A stretch of DNA of 64,000 nucleotides, from contig JAYWIR010000143.1 of the NCBI GenBank assembly GCA_036172245.1, positions 1 through 64,000 of the forward strand. Direction: 5' to 3'. Below, piece after piece: positions 61,791 through 64,000 of this stretch (the first letter of the stretch is position 1; every line of letters begins with the position of its first letter). The stretch is from Raillietiella orientalis (lineage: Eukaryota). Made by a program: the position numbers and the translations under genes. Under the pieces are notes generated by a model. It was given only the letters and a program-made list of their open reading frames with translations. It had not been told where the DNA came from and ran no database searches.

Positions 61791-62819
61791 CGACAGCGGA
61801 CCTGTTTTTCCGTCGCTTCCTCAGCGAGGCTTGAGAAGAGTTTTCTTTACGAGTGTTTGTGCTTTTTCACATCGCCGGTGTCCGATGGCAAAGATGCCAG
61901 AGGACACCGCGATGGAAGTAGGCGTGGAGGAGGCTAGTTCTCCCTTACAGCCTACTGGATTGTAAGCATCAGCCCCACAATCGTCTTCGCCGCAGCAGGT
62001 GAAGACATGGAGCGCCATGATGGAAGCGCCCAGCGCAGAAGCCTTGGCGGAACAAATGGCCTACCGGGAAGCAGGATATAAACCTTCGCCCATATATAAG
62101 GTAGGACCATTATTTGATTGGCGGACTGCACGCGCCTTCTCGAAGGCGCTGTGCCGCTTGCCGAACGCAAGAACCCTTGGCGAAAGGGGTTGCGTAGACC
62201 GGCAGCGGCTAAACTGGCCCCCGCAGGTGAGTCGGACCGGGAGGCCGGAAGTGCATCCTCCTCTGCGGAAGCACCACCAAGGAAAGCGGGGCGAAAATCC
62301 CAGAAACCCCGAAGGTGCAATCCGCCTCCGCGCGAAGGGGATCCAATGGAGGAGGAAAAAGTGGATGGCAGCGTGGGAGCCCAAGTCCTGCATCACCCAC
62401 TTGCGGAAGCCGACGAGTAGGCGACTCCAATGGAGGAGGCTAACCAGGGGTCAGCAATGTCCCCTGAAACCGCCGAACCTAAACCACCCGCACCAATGGA
62501 TGTGGGCAGTCGGGTACGAGCAACACCCCCTCCGCACGGGCAGCCGGAGACGCCGGCACTTAAAAAGGATGGGGAGTTGGTGGGCAACACGCCAACCCCG
62601 TCCAGCGACCTGCCCCAAAAGGTAGCGGGAACTTCACCGCCAGGTTCCCAAGAATAACACCTGGACTCGCCTGTTGCCGTCGGATCCGCGCGGCCAGTTC
62701 GAATGTCAACCGACTGCGTGACGACGGAAACAGTCGAGATACAGCCGCCACCTTGCGAGATTTCGACCTGGTGCTTTTGCAGGAGATCCACGTGATCACT
62801 ACAAAAGACTCCCAGGAGA
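61791..62819 (+). mobile_element. LINE J: 5' UTR, internally deleted ORF1, APE start
   Basis: KTWSAMMEAP..AYREAGYKPSPIYKVG; FDLVLLQEIHVI at ~62762-62797; knuckle region missing. Confidence 0.8.
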
Positions 62820-64000
62820 TTTCTCACCCGGTCACGCCGGGGCGTTTAATCCATATAACATAACAAAAAAAACCATTATACAAAATATACCAGTTGGGAA
62901 CCAAACTCCCAACCGACGACTGAACAAGAATGAAGAGAATATTGCTGGCACGCAGGCCAGACTAACAGTTTTACGAACGGTGTTTGTGGGCGGGGAACAC
63001 AAAGAAAGCCAAATAAAATAAAAACAATGAATAAGGAGGACGGGATAAGGGTCTTTGGCATCGCTCTGGAAGACACGGGAATCAAAGCATGGACACCGGA
63101 AATTTTACCGAGCGAACGGGGACAGGGTATGAGTGGGCGAGAGGTCGCAAGAGTCAGCGGATTACGACGTTCTCAAAGGTTTGTAAACCAACGATGAATG
63201 CCGGTGATGTCCTCATTCACCTTGTCACGAAGATGAGACCACCTTGAAGCCTTCACCATGAATTGAGCTGCAAGCAGGTGAGCCTCCCTTCGCTGCGCTG
63301 ACAACTCCAGGGCGATGCGGGCCTTCACGATGGCGCGAACGCAACACATGGTTGCGACAATCGCGCCATCCGAAAGTCCATTTCTGCTGAAGAAGCGCCG
63401 CAGCACATCAATGGCAGTGCCTCCTTGTGGCATGATAACCGAAGTGAGCCTTCGCCACAGTTTTAGGAGGTCACCGCAGTCCAGCAAAAGGTGCGGAAAA
63501 GACTCGATCTCTCCGCACCTTAAACAGTTTGGCAAAGCAGCTCCCCCGGAAACGATGCTTTGCTGCCTATTACAGTGTAATGCACAATGTAAAAAGAGCA
63601 GCACATCTTGTTTTCACTTTACAGGCAACACTGAGCTCTCCAAACAAACGGGGGGAACCACTATCTCTCCGGGGGGCACACTTCAATGTTCGCTCCACCG
63701 AAGCAGGCTCTTCGCCCGATTCCGAGAAGTGGCGGCTTGCCCCAGCTCCTTTGTCATCCAGCTGCCGAAGAGCATACTGACTCCCGCTATTTTGCAGCAG
63801 AACTCCCATTCCGCCAGTAGGCAACCGTCGTTGCTTGCCCTGAGGGCGGACAGCGCTGCGGCCAGTGGTGTGGCGGCCAGACGATCCGACAACTTCTTGT
63901 CCTGCATGAATTCGTCCATTTGATGTCTGAGGAGAAGTCGCAGGGGTCGAAGTTCTTCCGAGCGCGTTCCTTCGGAAGCATCCCACGATGAAAAAGATTC
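62820..64000 (-). mobile_element. LINE M: ORF2 C-terminus + 3' UTR (runs off the window)
   Basis: CLRCGEIESFPHLLLDC; terminal attaaacgccccggcgtgaccgggtgagaaa. Confidence 0.88.

Overview
Eukaryotic DNA; I cannot identify the host. Positions 1-~39.4 kb and ~59.65-64 kb consist entirely of nested, decayed non-LTR retrotransposons of the L1/Tx1 type (ORF1 with CCHC zinc knuckles; ORF2 = APE endonuclease + RT + C-terminal Cys/His finger). They belong to at least six divergent families, labelled here A-N. The two clusters flank a ~20 kb lower-GC interval with no recognisable gene or transposon. No copy has intact ORFs. Target-site duplications and reading-frame continuity let the left cluster be rebuilt as a Russian doll: B/H contains C3, which contains C1, C2, F+G and D, and D contains E. 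Although their sequences are divergent, the families share several cis-signals: (i) a 3'-terminal AATAAA-like + CCCGG-loop-CCGGG hairpin with no poly(A) tail; (ii) a 5' CGGACG-N11/12-GCTCC motif; (iii) an ORF1 AUG held in a hairpin, with a GNRA loop in several families; (iv) a T(A/G)ATG stop-start overlap between ORF1 and ORF2. They also follow a two-mode insertion pattern: antisense when inside another element, and sense/head-to-tail only just upstream of the 5' motif. This suggests a self-targeting LINE guild comparable to Zepp, possibly marking a specialised domain such as a centromere. All alignments were made by eye.
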